A stretch of DNA of 64,000 nucleotides from Candidatus Poribacteria bacterium (GTDB taxonomy: Bacteria > Poribacteria > WGA-4E > WGA-3G): positions 832,001 through 896,000 of the forward strand of contig CBDANF010000003.1 of NCBI GenBank assembly GCA_965197475.1, given 5' to 3'. The notes beneath the pieces were generated by a model that was given only the letters and a program-made list of their open reading frames with translations, was not told the DNA's origin and did not search any database. Shown one piece after another: positions 41,550 to 51,821 of the stretch (its first letter is position 1; each line of letters starts with the position of its first letter). Both the position numbers and the translations under genes were made by a program.

Positions 41550-42269
41550 TTAAATTGTCCAATACTTCCAGAGGTCTTCTGGAATTTCATATCTAATTTC
41601 TTCACGCCGTTTATGGTGATAGCGTGCAAATATGCCGACACGTGGGATGTCCTTGATATTACCAGAACCTGTATGGCACAGATATGCGTGCCATAGCACA
41701 ACATCTCCAGCAGACGCTATAAATTCCCGCGCTCCCTCTGGCGATGAATCTGAAAAGATATTCCAACTCCAACCCTCAATATCTGTAAAACTACCATCAA
41801 CTTGTTCAGGATATTTAAGGAAGTATTGATGTGTTGTACGGTGGCTCTTAGGCCAAAAGACAAAAGCCCCACCACCGGGTTCAACATCGTATAGATAGGT
41901 TGTTGCTCCCATCATAAATGGACTCCATCCGCCGGGACCGTAAGCATCAATGTGTCCACCACCCGGCATTGACCATTCCGCATCCGGATTAGGCCATTTC
42001 ACAAGCGGTGCTCCGCCTCCACCTGTAAACTGACCGCCACCGAGTTGCTCAATAATCGCTTGCATTGCAGACAATTGTCCGAAATTTGGGGAAAAACCGA
42101 AGTTTTCCACCACATATTTGTCGGGCCAGGTGTCTGGAGTCTCTAAACTGGAATTGAAATGCTTCCAAATCTGTTCCCGCCACCCATCAATTACATCTGT
42201 ACCGATCAAGTTTTCAAGAATAAGATACCCGTTTTCCTGAAACAATTTCACCTGTTTTGCTGTTAGCAT
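41550..42269 (-). CDS. PhyH-family 2OG-Fe(II) dioxygenase
   Basis: FQENGYL, HID, WPKSH, AGDVVLWH..L.H. Confidence 0.85.
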   Translation of the reverse strand: MLTAKQVKLFQENGYLILENLIGTDVIDGWREQIWKHFNSSLETPDTWPDKYVVENFGFSPNFGQLSAMQAIIEQLGGGQFTGGGGAPLVKWPNPDAEWSMPGGGHIDAYGPGGWSPFMMGATTYLYDVEPGGGAFVFWPKSHRTTHQYFLKYPEQVDGSFTDIEGWSWNIFSDSSPEGAREFIASAGDVVLWHAYLCHTGSGNIKDIPRVGIFARYHHKRREEIRYEIPEDLWKYWTI

Positions 42270-42320
42270 ACAAGTTTCCTCTATTGTTAAGGCATAAGAG
42301 TTTTGACCTTGCCTAAAATC

Positions 42321-43625
42321 CTAACGCCGCGGTCGGAAAGAGGGAATGCCTGTTTTATCAAATCGCTCTTTGACCGCTTTCATAAGTTCAGACGTTATTT
42401 CGCGATACCCGTGTTCGCGAGCATATTTTTCAACACTTTTGACAACCATGCCCCGTGCAAATGAGGGTACACGCCTTAACCTTTCTTCCGCCGCATCATT
42501 CCACTTTAAATCGTAGTCCGGTTCCGTTCCAAAGGCAGTCCGTTTCTCAAACTGAACAGGTTGTTGTCCCTGTTGCCCGGGTTGATATTCACAAGATTCA
42601 TCTGCAGCAAGGTAGTTGCCAGTCGTAGCATACGCACGTGCTCTACATCCGCCACACACCTCTCTGAATTCACACGCGCCACATTTACCTTGTAGCATAT
42701 CCCGATCTCGCAACTCATGAAAAGTTTCCGACTCATTCCACAGTTTGACAAAACTCTCATCTTTGAGATTGCCAACGCTGACAGGTAGATACGGACACGG
42801 TGTCAGTTCACCTTCAGGACTGATGCGGCAATAATAGATACCACACGGGCACGTGCCACTCGGATAACCTTGTAGGAACGCAGAATCGGACTGCTGTTCA
42901 TAGATAACGCGTTTGTAGTGAGGCGCGCATTTCGCCGCGATGAGCATCTTACCGCTATATTCTGCCTGCAGTTGGAACATCGTCTCAAGCATCTTCTCAT
43001 ATTGTGCAGGCGTAATGTCCATTACCGTTTTGCCTCTCCCCGTTCGCACGAGAAAATAGAGATTTAGCACTTTCGCACCCAATTGATAGGCAAATTCAAC
43101 AATCTCAGGGATTTCGTCATAATTCCACTGCGTCACAGAGGTTTGGACGAGGAAGTCAAGTTGTGCACGCTTGAGTGATTCAACGCCGTTCATTGTGGCT
43201 TTCCACGCGCCTTCCATGCCGCGAAACTGATCGTGATTCGATGGTTGAATAGAATCAATGCTCAACCCCGCGCCAGTAACGCCGTGCTGTTGCATCTTTT
43301 CAACCACCTCGTCGTTCAATAGGACACCGTTTGTTCCCATCACAACAAGAAATCCGGTATCGGAAGCGTATTTTGAAATCTCAAGAATATCCGGACGCAA
43401 CAAAGGTTCACCGCCCGTGAGGATAAGAAGGATATGCGGATTGATTTCAGCTATCTCATCAATGACACGAAAACACTCTGATTGGCTCAACTCCGCATCT
43501 CTAAGATAACCGTGTGGGAACTCGTCTGTGTCTACAAATCCCGCAGGAAGATAGCAGTGCGTACATTTCAGATTGCACAATCTGGTAATATTCCATGAGA
43601 CTGCCTGAACTTTTGTGTTTTCCAT
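42321..43625 (-). CDS. Radical SAM/SPASM protein (AhbC/AhbD/NirJ-like) with C-terminal PCP_red domain
   Basis: WNITRLCNLKCTHC, TGGEP, CAPHY, SPASM cysteines, GGCRARA; WNDAAEERLRRVPSFARGM. Confidence 0.85.
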   Translation of the reverse strand: MENTKVQAVSWNITRLCNLKCTHCYLPAGFVDTDEFPHGYLRDAELSQSECFRVIDEIAEINPHILLILTGGEPLLRPDILEISKYASDTGFLVVMGTNGVLLNDEVVEKMQQHGVTGAGLSIDSIQPSNHDQFRGMEGAWKATMNGVESLKRAQLDFLVQTSVTQWNYDEIPEIVEFAYQLGAKVLNLYFLVRTGRGKTVMDITPAQYEKMLETMFQLQAEYSGKMLIAAKCAPHYKRVIYEQQSDSAFLQGYPSGTCPCGIYYCRISPEGELTPCPYLPVSVGNLKDESFVKLWNESETFHELRDRDMLQGKCGACEFREVCGGCRARAYATTGNYLAADESCEYQPGQQGQQPVQFEKRTAFGTEPDYDLKWNDAAEERLRRVPSFARGMVVKSVEKYAREHGYREITSELMKAVKERFDKTGIPSFRPRR

Positions 43626-44084
43626 TTAATTTCTCAATAGCAACGCGAGCGCGAAAACAATTAATCCTGAAAAAAGTGTTAAATGTCCAAAAACATTGAT
43701 ATGACGGGGCACGGTAGTTTGACTATCGGGTTGTGCTGCCTCAAGGTGTCGCCGATAAAGTGAACTGTATAGTCCCCAAAAAAGTGCCATCAATCCAAAT
43801 GCAGCAAACTTTGCAGCAGAATATATCATATACTCCGATTTTAATTGCATATCGTTATTCCATGCAACAATAAAGATTACAATCCCGCCTGTAAGTAAAA
43901 GGACATTAATCATCACTTGCATCCAGTGGCGAAAGCGATTGTGTATTTCCAACAGGTCATGTGCTGGTAGGTTTTGCCGAACTATTGGCATTGCAATCAA
44001 GGTTGAAAATACAACCCCTCCGAACCAGATTATTGCTGCAATGAGATGAATACTTCGGATGAAAAGTTCTACGATATGGCGCAT
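43626..44084 (-). CDS. Four-TM CopD/DUF2269-like membrane protein
   Basis: IHLIAAIIWFGG motif. Confidence 0.6.
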   Translation of the reverse strand: MRHIVELFIRSIHLIAAIIWFGGVVFSTLIAMPIVRQNLPAHDLLEIHNRFRHWMQVMINVLLLTGGIVIFIVAWNNDMQLKSEYMIYSAAKFAAFGLMALFWGLYSSLYRRHLEAAQPDSQTTVPRHINVFGHLTLFSGLIVFALALLLRN

Positions 44085-44086
44085 TT

Positions 44087-44818
44087 CTAACTCTGCACTG
44101 CAATTGACGTTGGGGTTCGAGAATCAACAATCCGAAGCAAATGACTCGCGAACATAATGATTTCTACTGCTTCCTCCGCTGTAACAGAAACATTTCGATG
44201 GCTATGCGGATTTTTGTAAAGTCCGATTGCTCCTGCCAAAAGATGTGCTGTGGCTTCTCTTTCCGGTTTAGACTGATTTTGATCTGTTAATGGCCCGTTA
44301 TCAACATGGAAAGCTTTTCGCATCAAATCAACGCCATAATCTACTGCAGTGTAGCCACCAGCATTCCGAACAGCTATTTCCACTGTTTTAAATGCTTCAA
44401 ATATAGCAGTGTCGTACTTACCTCTCAGAAAGTTTGAATTGACATCTTCGGCTATGGAAGAGTGAAGCAACTGTTTAGGTAATAGATTCGCTTTACGATA
44501 GGCTTCTAAAGCATCTGCGCTTTTTACGCCTTCTCCTTTTCTCGTAATGGAAACCATATCAGGATAGAATCCTCGTGTAGGTACAATAAAACCTTCTCTT
44601 TCTAACCATGCCCATGCTTCCCTAAGTGCCATCATAATTCTATCTCGATACTCACCAGGATATTTTTCAACAGTACGTCGCGAAGTGAAATTCTGTAGAC
44701 TAAACTGGTCGTCTGATTCAGGAAGGGATTGGAAGTGCTGCAAAACAAGCCCTGCTAATTCTTCAACTTCAAGATTTAGCAGAGTTTCAGGATCTGAAAT
44801 TAAATCGTAAAAAAACAA
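44087..44818 (-). CDS. TIGR02391-family protein
   Basis: LH..I....F..G.Y..AIFEAFK.VE, GAIGLYKNPHSH. Confidence 0.8.
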   Translation of the reverse strand: MFFYDLISDPETLLNLEVEELAGLVLQHFQSLPESDDQFSLQNFTSRRTVEKYPGEYRDRIMMALREAWAWLEREGFIVPTRGFYPDMVSITRKGEGVKSADALEAYRKANLLPKQLLHSSIAEDVNSNFLRGKYDTAIFEAFKTVEIAVRNAGGYTAVDYGVDLMRKAFHVDNGPLTDQNQSKPEREATAHLLAGAIGLYKNPHSHRNVSVTAEEAVEIIMFASHLLRIVDSRTPTSIAVQS

Positions 44819-44829
44819 CTTTAGTTCTC

Positions 44830-46794
44830 CTAAAGAGATAAGTGATTCTTATCTGGTATCTGTTGCTGAGACAAATCCCATAGTAGTATTATTCCGTCCC
44901 TACATCCACTGGCGAGTATTTGACCATCAGGACTGAACGCAACATCCTGGACAATACCAGTATGCCCAATGAGCGTGGATTCGCATTGTCCTGTAACAAC
45001 ATCCCATAAACCCACATTTTTACTCCCACTCACGAGAGTGGCACCATCTGGACTGAAACTCACACTACTGACTCCGCATTCAAATCCTGTGAAAATAGTT
45101 TTGTTTGCTCCAGAAACACTATCCCATAACCGCACTGTGCGGTCATTTCCCCCACTAGCGATCATGTGACCATCAGGGCTAAAAGCAATACTCCAGACAC
45201 AACCTGTATGCCCAATGAGGGTAGTTTTATGTACTCCAGAAACACTATCCCATAACCGCACTGTCTGATCATCACTTACACTAGCGAGTATGCGGCCATC
45301 TGGACTAAAACTGACATCCGTAACTCCGTTTTCATGCCCTATAAGAGTAATTATTTCCTGTCTATTAAGAACATCCCATAATCGTACCGTGTTATCTGGA
45401 TAATTTCCCCCACTAGCAAGTATGCGGCCATCAGGACTGAATGCAACACTTGATACAATGCCTGAATGCCCCTTAAATAGTCCTCCAAATAAGGTTTTTT
45501 GTTGTTCTGTAACTGTATCCCATAACCGTACTGTGTGATCCGAACCCCCACTGGCAAGTGTGCGGCCATCAGGACTGAACGCAACACCATGAACACTGAC
45601 TGTATGTCCTATAAGTGTAGACATATGCTGTCCTGTAGATGTGTCCCACAATCTAATTGATTCGTCCCAATCCCCGCTGGCAAGTATGCGGCCATCAGGA
45701 CTGAATGCAACGCTATTAACACTGGGCGTATGGCCTGCAAATATAACTTTAAGTCTTCCACTACCAGCGTTCCAGATTCGTACTGTGCTATCTGTTCCCC
45801 CGCTAGCTATTGCTCGACCATCAGTCGTAAAGGTGACATCTGTAACAATGCCTGTATGTCCAGTGAGTGTTTTACACTTTTTGCCAGTGAAAACATTCCA
45901 TAGCCGAATTTCGCTAGCACTTGCAACTGCAAGTTTAGTACCATCAGCACTAATATCAAGACTTTCAACACCATGCGGATGTTCTATTTCAAGTGTAGTT
46001 TTGCGTTGTCCTGTGGTCACGTCCCACAGAAGCAACATATTTTTTAACTTTCTTTCCCAAATTTCAATTGGATCATGTGAAAAAAAAGTATTACTTCCAC
46101 TTGCAAGAGTTTTACAATCAGGACTAAAGGCTATGCTGCATATTGAACTCATATGTCCTACAAGTGTAGTTTTGGGTTTTCCTGTGGATGTCTCCCATAA
46201 TCGCACTGTTTTATCTGAACTTCCACTTGCAATGGTAGCACCGTCGGATGAAAATGCAACCGCAGAAACACTATCTGTATGTTCAGTGAGTGTAGTCTTT
46301 AGTTTTCCTGTAGATACTTCCCACAACCGTACCGTGTTATCCAAACTCCCACTAGCAAGAATACTACCGTCGGGTGAAAATGCAACCGCAGAAACACTAT
46401 CTGTATGTTCAGTGAGTGTAGTCTTTAGTTTTCCTGTAGATACTTCCCACAACCGTACCGTGTTATCCGAACCACCACTCACTAGAAAATTACCATCGGA
46501 ATTAAAGGCAACACTTAATACCTCTCCAGTGTGTCCAACTAATAAACTAAGCTCTCCACCGGTACGTGCGTCATACATCCAAATCCCAATTGCACTAGAG
46601 ACAGCGAAGCAAGTACTATCAGGTGAACAAGCAATATTACCAGTAATTTTCCCTTTACCGAGCCGTGCTTTGACACCTTGAGGTAAATACCACTGCGGAG
46701 AATCTTGGGATAAAGTAGTTTGTAACCCGAAGAAAGAAGTGATGGATCGGTTAAATCGAGAAGAAAAAGTTGGTTTCATTGAGTAATCGTCCAT
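44830..46794 (-). CDS. WD40-repeat protein
   Basis: About 14 GH..V..VAFSPDG..LASG..D.TVRLWD repeats; LPQGVKARLGKG N-terminus. Confidence 0.95.
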   Translation of the reverse strand: MDDYSMKPTFSSRFNRSITSFFGLQTTLSQDSPQWYLPQGVKARLGKGKITGNIACSPDSTCFAVSSAIGIWMYDARTGGELSLLVGHTGEVLSVAFNSDGNFLVSGGSDNTVRLWEVSTGKLKTTLTEHTDSVSAVAFSPDGSILASGSLDNTVRLWEVSTGKLKTTLTEHTDSVSAVAFSSDGATIASGSSDKTVRLWETSTGKPKTTLVGHMSSICSIAFSPDCKTLASGSNTFFSHDPIEIWERKLKNMLLLWDVTTGQRKTTLEIEHPHGVESLDISADGTKLAVASASEIRLWNVFTGKKCKTLTGHTGIVTDVTFTTDGRAIASGGTDSTVRIWNAGSGRLKVIFAGHTPSVNSVAFSPDGRILASGDWDESIRLWDTSTGQHMSTLIGHTVSVHGVAFSPDGRTLASGGSDHTVRLWDTVTEQQKTLFGGLFKGHSGIVSSVAFSPDGRILASGGNYPDNTVRLWDVLNRQEIITLIGHENGVTDVSFSPDGRILASVSDDQTVRLWDSVSGVHKTTLIGHTGCVWSIAFSPDGHMIASGGNDRTVRLWDSVSGANKTIFTGFECGVSSVSFSPDGATLVSGSKNVGLWDVVTGQCESTLIGHTGIVQDVAFSPDGQILASGCRDGIILLWDLSQQQIPDKNHLSL

Positions 46795-46924
46795 GTTTAT
46801 TCAGACAGGATTTAAGAATGTTCGGAATCGTCTAATTCTGACTCAAAGTGTTTGTCTAAAGAATTTGACAAAAAGTAGTATAAATATATTCGTTCTTTTC
46901 AATACATAACGTAATCATGTGAAA

Positions 46925-47238
46925 TTATACGTCCTTACATCGTTCATAAAAGTTCACGCCAACTCGCTCAATTTGTGCAACCATATCAGGATTTCCTATC
47001 TTGCTGAAAACAGAGAGGTCAATCGTATAAGGTAAAAGCAAATCGTCAAGATCGATGTCAATTTTAGAAAGCACGTTATGTGTTACCCCCTCACCGCAAA
47101 GGGTTAGGTCAAGTCCGAACCGTTTCGATATGTGCCTGTGGCGCGTGAACCGTACAAAATCGCCCTCTCAATCTGCGGATACTGCTTGAAAACCTCGTGT
47201 ATTTTTTGGAGAGTTCGGTCTGATAAGCCGTATTTCAT
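46925..47238 (-). pseudogene. Minimal nucleotidyltransferase (MNT antitoxin-like) with 1-bp deletion near 47110
   Basis: MKYGLS...LYGSRATGTYRNGSD|DLTL...LDDLLLPYTIDL; not in the ORF track. Confidence 0.8.
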
Positions 47239-47300
47239 AGCGACTCTTCCTGTTTTAGGTGTTCTATTTTTGTCAACAACGTCTCAAATTCTGAGTAATA

Positions 47301-47422
47301 CAGGACTTACGCATTCCCCCTTGATAAGGGGGGTTAGGGGGTTAAAAAGGCGTTATTTTAGCTATTTAACCCCCTAAATCCCCCTTATCAGTGGGACTTT
47401 AAGAAAAAATGCGTAAGTCCTG
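47301..47422. mobile_element. MITE with CAGGACTTACGCA ends
   Basis: Perfect 13-bp TIR, TAATA on both sides; internal cccccttgataagggggg palindrome also near 27947-27965. Confidence 0.8.
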
Positions 47423-47520
47423 TAATATATGTTGAGAATTGCCGAAACAACCTCTTCGGCGGTATCCTCATTGTGCGCGCTCTTTTTTGGTGGTTCTAAG
47501 AAATTGCGTTGATTAGGATA

Positions 47521-48264
47521 TTAAGTGCGTGCTTGCAAACGTGCGATCTCTTCTCGGAGTTGTGCGACTTCTGCTTCCGCTTCCTGTCGTGCGGAGGCTT
47601 CCCGTTCTGCGCGTTCCTCGGCAGTATCCGCACGTATTGTCTCAGCTTCTGCACGTGTTCGCACCCACTCACTCGCAACCGGATCATAGATACCTATTTC
47701 CTGATGCCTTATGCGGAAATCTAAACCCAAGGACGATGAACGCAAACCACCATTCTCGCCAGGCGGAACCGGCACGTAGATGCCATCAACTAACTCAAAA
47801 CCCATTAGCGGTGATGGCAAATACAGACCCTCGGCATCATACAAGAAATAGTCTTGTATCTTGAGTGACGCGTAGATATCCATCTTGTCAGTTAAGTCAT
47901 TCTGATATGTGTTTTTGCTGCTGAACTCCATTACGAATTCTGGCACTTTACCCTCTTCCCACACCAAGTATGTCCGCCTTGCCTTCATTCCTATTCCGAA
48001 AGAGACAAGAACATCTGGAGATATAGACTTATTAGGTGAACCTTCCACATAATACATCAGAATATCACCAGAGATATAGACAGACGGGTTATGTGAGAAA
48101 TGTGCCTCAAGTGCTTCTAATGTCCAAAACAACTGATGCCTATGCAGATCGCTTGCTGCCATCGGTTTTCCATCCTCTTCAGGATAAAGTGTCAATGCAT
48201 CTGTGGGGACATAAGAGACCTGTTCCTTTTCTGCGTTAGTTGCCATAATGTTCTCCTTTACCAA
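47521..48264 (-). CDS. Uma2-family endonuclease with coiled-coil tail
   Basis: YPEEDGKPMA, SPDVLV, EGKVPEFVMEFSS, YFLYD. Confidence 0.88.
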   Translation of the reverse strand: MVKENIMATNAEKEQVSYVPTDALTLYPEEDGKPMAASDLHRHQLFWTLEALEAHFSHNPSVYISGDILMYYVEGSPNKSISPDVLVSFGIGMKARRTYLVWEEGKVPEFVMEFSSKNTYQNDLTDKMDIYASLKIQDYFLYDAEGLYLPSPLMGFELVDGIYVPVPPGENGGLRSSSLGLDFRIRHQEIGIYDPVASEWVRTRAEAETIRADTAEERAEREASARQEAEAEVAQLREEIARLQART

Positions 48265-48359
48265 AAGATGCGTGAAAACAACGGTTAAGATTTTTTGTGC
48301 TGTCTATATTGTGTCTTAATTATAGCCGAAAACTGAGAGGGTATCAAGCATTTAAGGTT

Positions 48360-48869
48360 TTAGAACTGCGCGGGAAAGTTTCCGCGTGCGGCATCCATCA
48401 CTTCGCCAGTAATTTCGGTATGCCCGTTATCTTTAGCAAAACTTTCAATTCCCATCTTTGCCATCGGACGGACAAAACTTGGGATGCGTTCTAAACGCTC
48501 GAGTGCTTCAGGTGTCCATGTGAGACCATCAGGTTCAGGTTCAGATTTTTCCTCAAAAGCATCCGAGATAACTGAGGTGAAGGGACATTTGCCTCCCTCA
48601 GCAGTTTCTGATGGCATGTTCGGCATTGAATCCTGCTTTGCAGTCTCTAACTGCGAACGAACCATCTGCATCGGTTGTGCCGCTTCGCTACTACCGCCGA
48701 GTTGAAGGTCCAAGGATTTTAGCATCTGTGTTTCCGATGGATTGAGAAACATGGCAATTTCTGTAAAGCAGTCGGGACATTCAAAAACAGCCGTGACAGA
48801 ACCCTGTTCAGGATGGGTTATGTCTTTAAATTTCATTGCTGTGTCGCAGTCTATACATAAGAATTTCAT
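48360..48869 (-). CDS. Zn-ribbon plus PCP_red domain protein
   Basis: MKFLCIDC...CPDC; CPF; WTPEALERLERIPSFVRPMAK. Confidence 0.8.
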   Translation of the reverse strand: MKFLCIDCDTAMKFKDITHPEQGSVTAVFECPDCFTEIAMFLNPSETQMLKSLDLQLGGSSEAAQPMQMVRSQLETAKQDSMPNMPSETAEGGKCPFTSVISDAFEEKSEPEPDGLTWTPEALERLERIPSFVRPMAKMGIESFAKDNGHTEITGEVMDAARGNFPAQF

Positions 48870-48908
48870 CGTTTAATCTCCGTATTTTAGCGTGGAAAGT
48901 GACCTATG

Positions 48909-49790
48909 TTATGTATTAAAGAAATCTTGAATCTTTTGCGCTACCTCTATAATTGTTCTGCTTGCGGGGGTATCGGGGTGTTCATTAACATAAGGTGTGC
49001 CGTTGTCGCTACAACTTGATAATTTTGGATCGAAGGGGATTTTGCCGAGCGTTGTTAACTGAAACAAATTATCAGGGGTTTCCTCAGTAGAAAAAAGTGG
49101 TTCGTATTCACCGCAGTGTTTACACACATAGAACGACATATTTTCAACAACGCCTATAATCGGTACCTTGAGAATGTCTCTCGCCATCGTAATAGATTTT
49201 TTGACAATCAGGTGTGAGACTTCGGAGGGGATTGTTACGACGACCACGCCACCAAGGTTTGGGATAAGTTCAGCCACATTCGGCAGACGATCAGAACCTG
49301 GTGGCAGATCAAGCAGAAGATAATCCAATTCTCCCCATTCGGTATCACCGATGAACTCCCGCAGTGCGCCTACCTCCATTGTGGAACGCCATGTGAAAGC
49401 ATCCTTTTGGGTGTGTGCATTCCACAGCACCGGTGCGTCATCTTCAGACAGGAGCAGATCCATTGAGATAATCTTTACACCAAGGAAACTGATAGCCGGT
49501 TTAACACCTGATGATGTGTATTCAAGCGTTGCGTTGCGAACCCCCATCATCTTAGCAATCGTTGGACCGTTGATGTCTGCATCAACAACTCCGACAGCAT
49601 AACCTGCCAACGTTAGTGCGGTAGCGAGGTTTGCAGTAATAGCACTTTTACCGACACCGCCTTTTCCGCTCATTATCACGACTGTCTGTTTTACCGAAGC
49701 GAGGCGTTTGCTAATGCGGTTCGCTTGTGCTGTGACTTGCCCTATAATGTTGGAACCGGCATCATCCGGGAGTTCCTTGTAACTTTTCAC
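48909..49790 (-). CDS. Mrp/NBP35 (ApbC) family ATPase
   Basis: SGKGGVGKS, DADINGP, WGELDYLLLDLPPG, VENMS...CKHC. Confidence 0.9.
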   Translation of the reverse strand: MKSYKELPDDAGSNIIGQVTAQANRISKRLASVKQTVVIMSGKGGVGKSAITANLATALTLAGYAVGVVDADINGPTIAKMMGVRNATLEYTSSGVKPAISFLGVKIISMDLLLSEDDAPVLWNAHTQKDAFTWRSTMEVGALREFIGDTEWGELDYLLLDLPPGSDRLPNVAELIPNLGGVVVVTIPSEVSHLIVKKSITMARDILKVPIIGVVENMSFYVCKHCGEYEPLFSTEETPDNLFQLTTLGKIPFDPKLSSCSDNGTPYVNEHPDTPASRTIIEVAQKIQDFFNT

Positions 49791-51061
49791 TTTTTCTGGC
49801 TGATGGCGTATAAAGCATCATAACTGCGCAAATAGAGAGTACCATCTGCGATTACCGGCGATGCAGCAACGGTTTCGCCAATTGAATTGGTAGCCACGAT
49901 TTCAAATTCTCGCCCTGCCTTAACAACATTGACGACACCGTCCCGTGCTGTTAAATAGATATAGCCATTTGCATAGACAGGCGAAGAGCGATGCCGTTGC
50001 CGGTGCGTTCGGTGCTCATAAAGTTGTTCTCCTGTTTTGGCATCAAGGCAGATAAGAACGCCGTTTTCTCTACATAGATAGACGAGACCGTCGTGAATAA
50101 GTGGAGATGGCACGTCTGGTGTGCCTTGTGGGAGTTTCCAGATTTGCCACTTGGAATCTGTAATATTGCCTGTTCCCGATGGGTCTAAACCCAGAACAGG
50201 CCCGTTTTTAGCAGAGGGGACGACAATAAGACCTTCCGTTGCTACAGGAGAGGCTACAAGCCGGAACGATGGGTTATACCTTTCTCGCGAATTCAAACCG
50301 CCACATCGCCAAATTTCCCTGCCATCTTCAAGATTATGTGCCGTGACATAGTCTGCGCCATGCACAACAAGGAATTCACGTTGCGTATCACGGTAAAGAA
50401 TTGGAGAAGTATAGGCGTGTTCACATTCTCTCCTTGCATCACTTTTCCTGTCATGCTTCCAAACTTCTTCGCCAGTCATCTTGTCAAGTGCAAGGACTAA
50501 CCATGCGTTGCTGTGAATAAGTTGAATGTATAATTTATCTTTGTCCAGCAGCGGTGTCATTGACATAAGAAACTCGAGTCTAAACTTACCGTAACGTTCC
50601 TCCAGATTTGTCTGCCAAACCGGGTTTCCTTCAAAATCGTAACAAGCGAGATCGCCCGTTCCGAGAAACGCCCAGACATGTTCACCATCAGTTGTTGGTG
50701 AGGGTGCAGCGAAGTTGACTTCATCGCCGTGATCAGAACGGTTACCTTGTGCTAAAGAGCGTTTCCACAGTTCCTCACCTTCTGTGGTGACACACATTAG
50801 AACAAGTTCTCTTCCGTCAGCGGATGTCAGGAAAATCTTATCTCCCCAGACAATAGGTGTAGAGGCACCCTCGCCCGGTAGTGGTAGCCGCCATCGCACA
50901 TTTTCGGTTTGGCTCCACTGGATTGGCACATCAGCTTCTTGGCTTATGCCGTCGTTGTTTGGTCCCCGCCACTGGTGCCAGTTTTCGGCGGAACCGTTGC
51001 TAATTAGAATAAGAAACGCAAGTAGAAAAATTAACGCGCGACTGACAATGTGTTTTTGCAT
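49787..51061 (-). CDS. Secreted PQQ-like beta-propeller protein
   Basis: ENWHQWRGP, STPIV, ASPV repeats. Confidence 0.85.
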   Translation of the reverse strand: MQKHIVSRALIFLLAFLILISNGSAENWHQWRGPNNDGISQEADVPIQWSQTENVRWRLPLPGEGASTPIVWGDKIFLTSADGRELVLMCVTTEGEELWKRSLAQGNRSDHGDEVNFAAPSPTTDGEHVWAFLGTGDLACYDFEGNPVWQTNLEERYGKFRLEFLMSMTPLLDKDKLYIQLIHSNAWLVLALDKMTGEEVWKHDRKSDARRECEHAYTSPILYRDTQREFLVVHGADYVTAHNLEDGREIWRCGGLNSRERYNPSFRLVASPVATEGLIVVPSAKNGPVLGLDPSGTGNITDSKWQIWKLPQGTPDVPSPLIHDGLVYLCRENGVLICLDAKTGEQLYEHRTHRQRHRSSPVYANGYIYLTARDGVVNVVKAGREFEIVATNSIGETVAASPVIADGTLYLRSYDALYAISQKK

Positions 51062-51558
51062 TATGGGTCTCCATTTTCATTGAACCTTGTGGGTTCCGTT
51101 GTGTAGTGTGTACCTCTTGCATGGCGTGTCAACAATTTATGCATTGTGAAGTTCAACGATTCTCATCTGTCCATAAGCCCCGATCAGGACCGTTCCATTG
51201 GTACGGAACTATTTTTGATAAAGTTCCCACATTATACTCTGGGAACTTACACCCTGTCTCTATTACATAACCTTCATTTGTGAATATGGGGAACTCTAAT
51301 TTGGTGAGAGAAGTAACAGGTTCGATTTCCAGCCATACGTCAAGATCACCGATTACTGTTTTGTAGAAAAAGTCGGCAGAATGGCTTTCATGTTTCAGAA
51401 TCATGATTACGCCAGATTGTTTAACTTCTCCGTTAATAGATTTTTAGCGCGGGGTTTACCCATTTTCGCGGGATGCCGATAAAAGTAACAATTTCATTAT
51501 CTCTACCGTCATCAGTTTGTGTTTCTGTCACCGAAGGTATTCCTTCATGATGTTATAT

Positions 51559-51717
51559 TATAGTAGATTTTAGAATTACTTGGACATTGTTATAGGTCCA
51601 GTTGGGAAACAGTTCCTACCGCATATTTTGTAGCACAAACTTTTAGTTTGTGTCGTCCTTGCGCAAACTGAAAGTGGACGCTACAGCAGTGTCCAGATAA
51701 TTACAGATTTTACTATA
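51559..51717. mobile_element. MITE-C (IS630-type ends) with REP cargo
   Basis: Reverse complement of 8467-8625; TATA at both ends; one end matches the IS630 end at 12158 at 15 of 16 positions. Confidence 0.85.
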
Positions 51718-51753
51718 AGATAGCATATTCTACACGAATATGCTATCTTTTTT
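51717..51753. terminator. 14-bp perfect hairpin downstream of the USP gene
   Basis: aagatagcatattc-tacac-gaatatgctatctt; the T-run is on the + strand. Confidence 0.4.
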
Positions 51754-51821
51754 AATACAGTTAACACTAAAACCTGATGCGAAGAACTTAGAGGAAGATA
51801 CTTGCCACACCATAACCCAGC

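Noticed and set aside
45641-46681. 346-aa + strand ORF
   Set aside because: Antisense shadow of the WD40 repeat gene.
51153-51549. 83-aa ORF and upstream fragments
   Set aside because: Probably a decayed gene next to MITE-C, but no family is recognisable, so it is not called.
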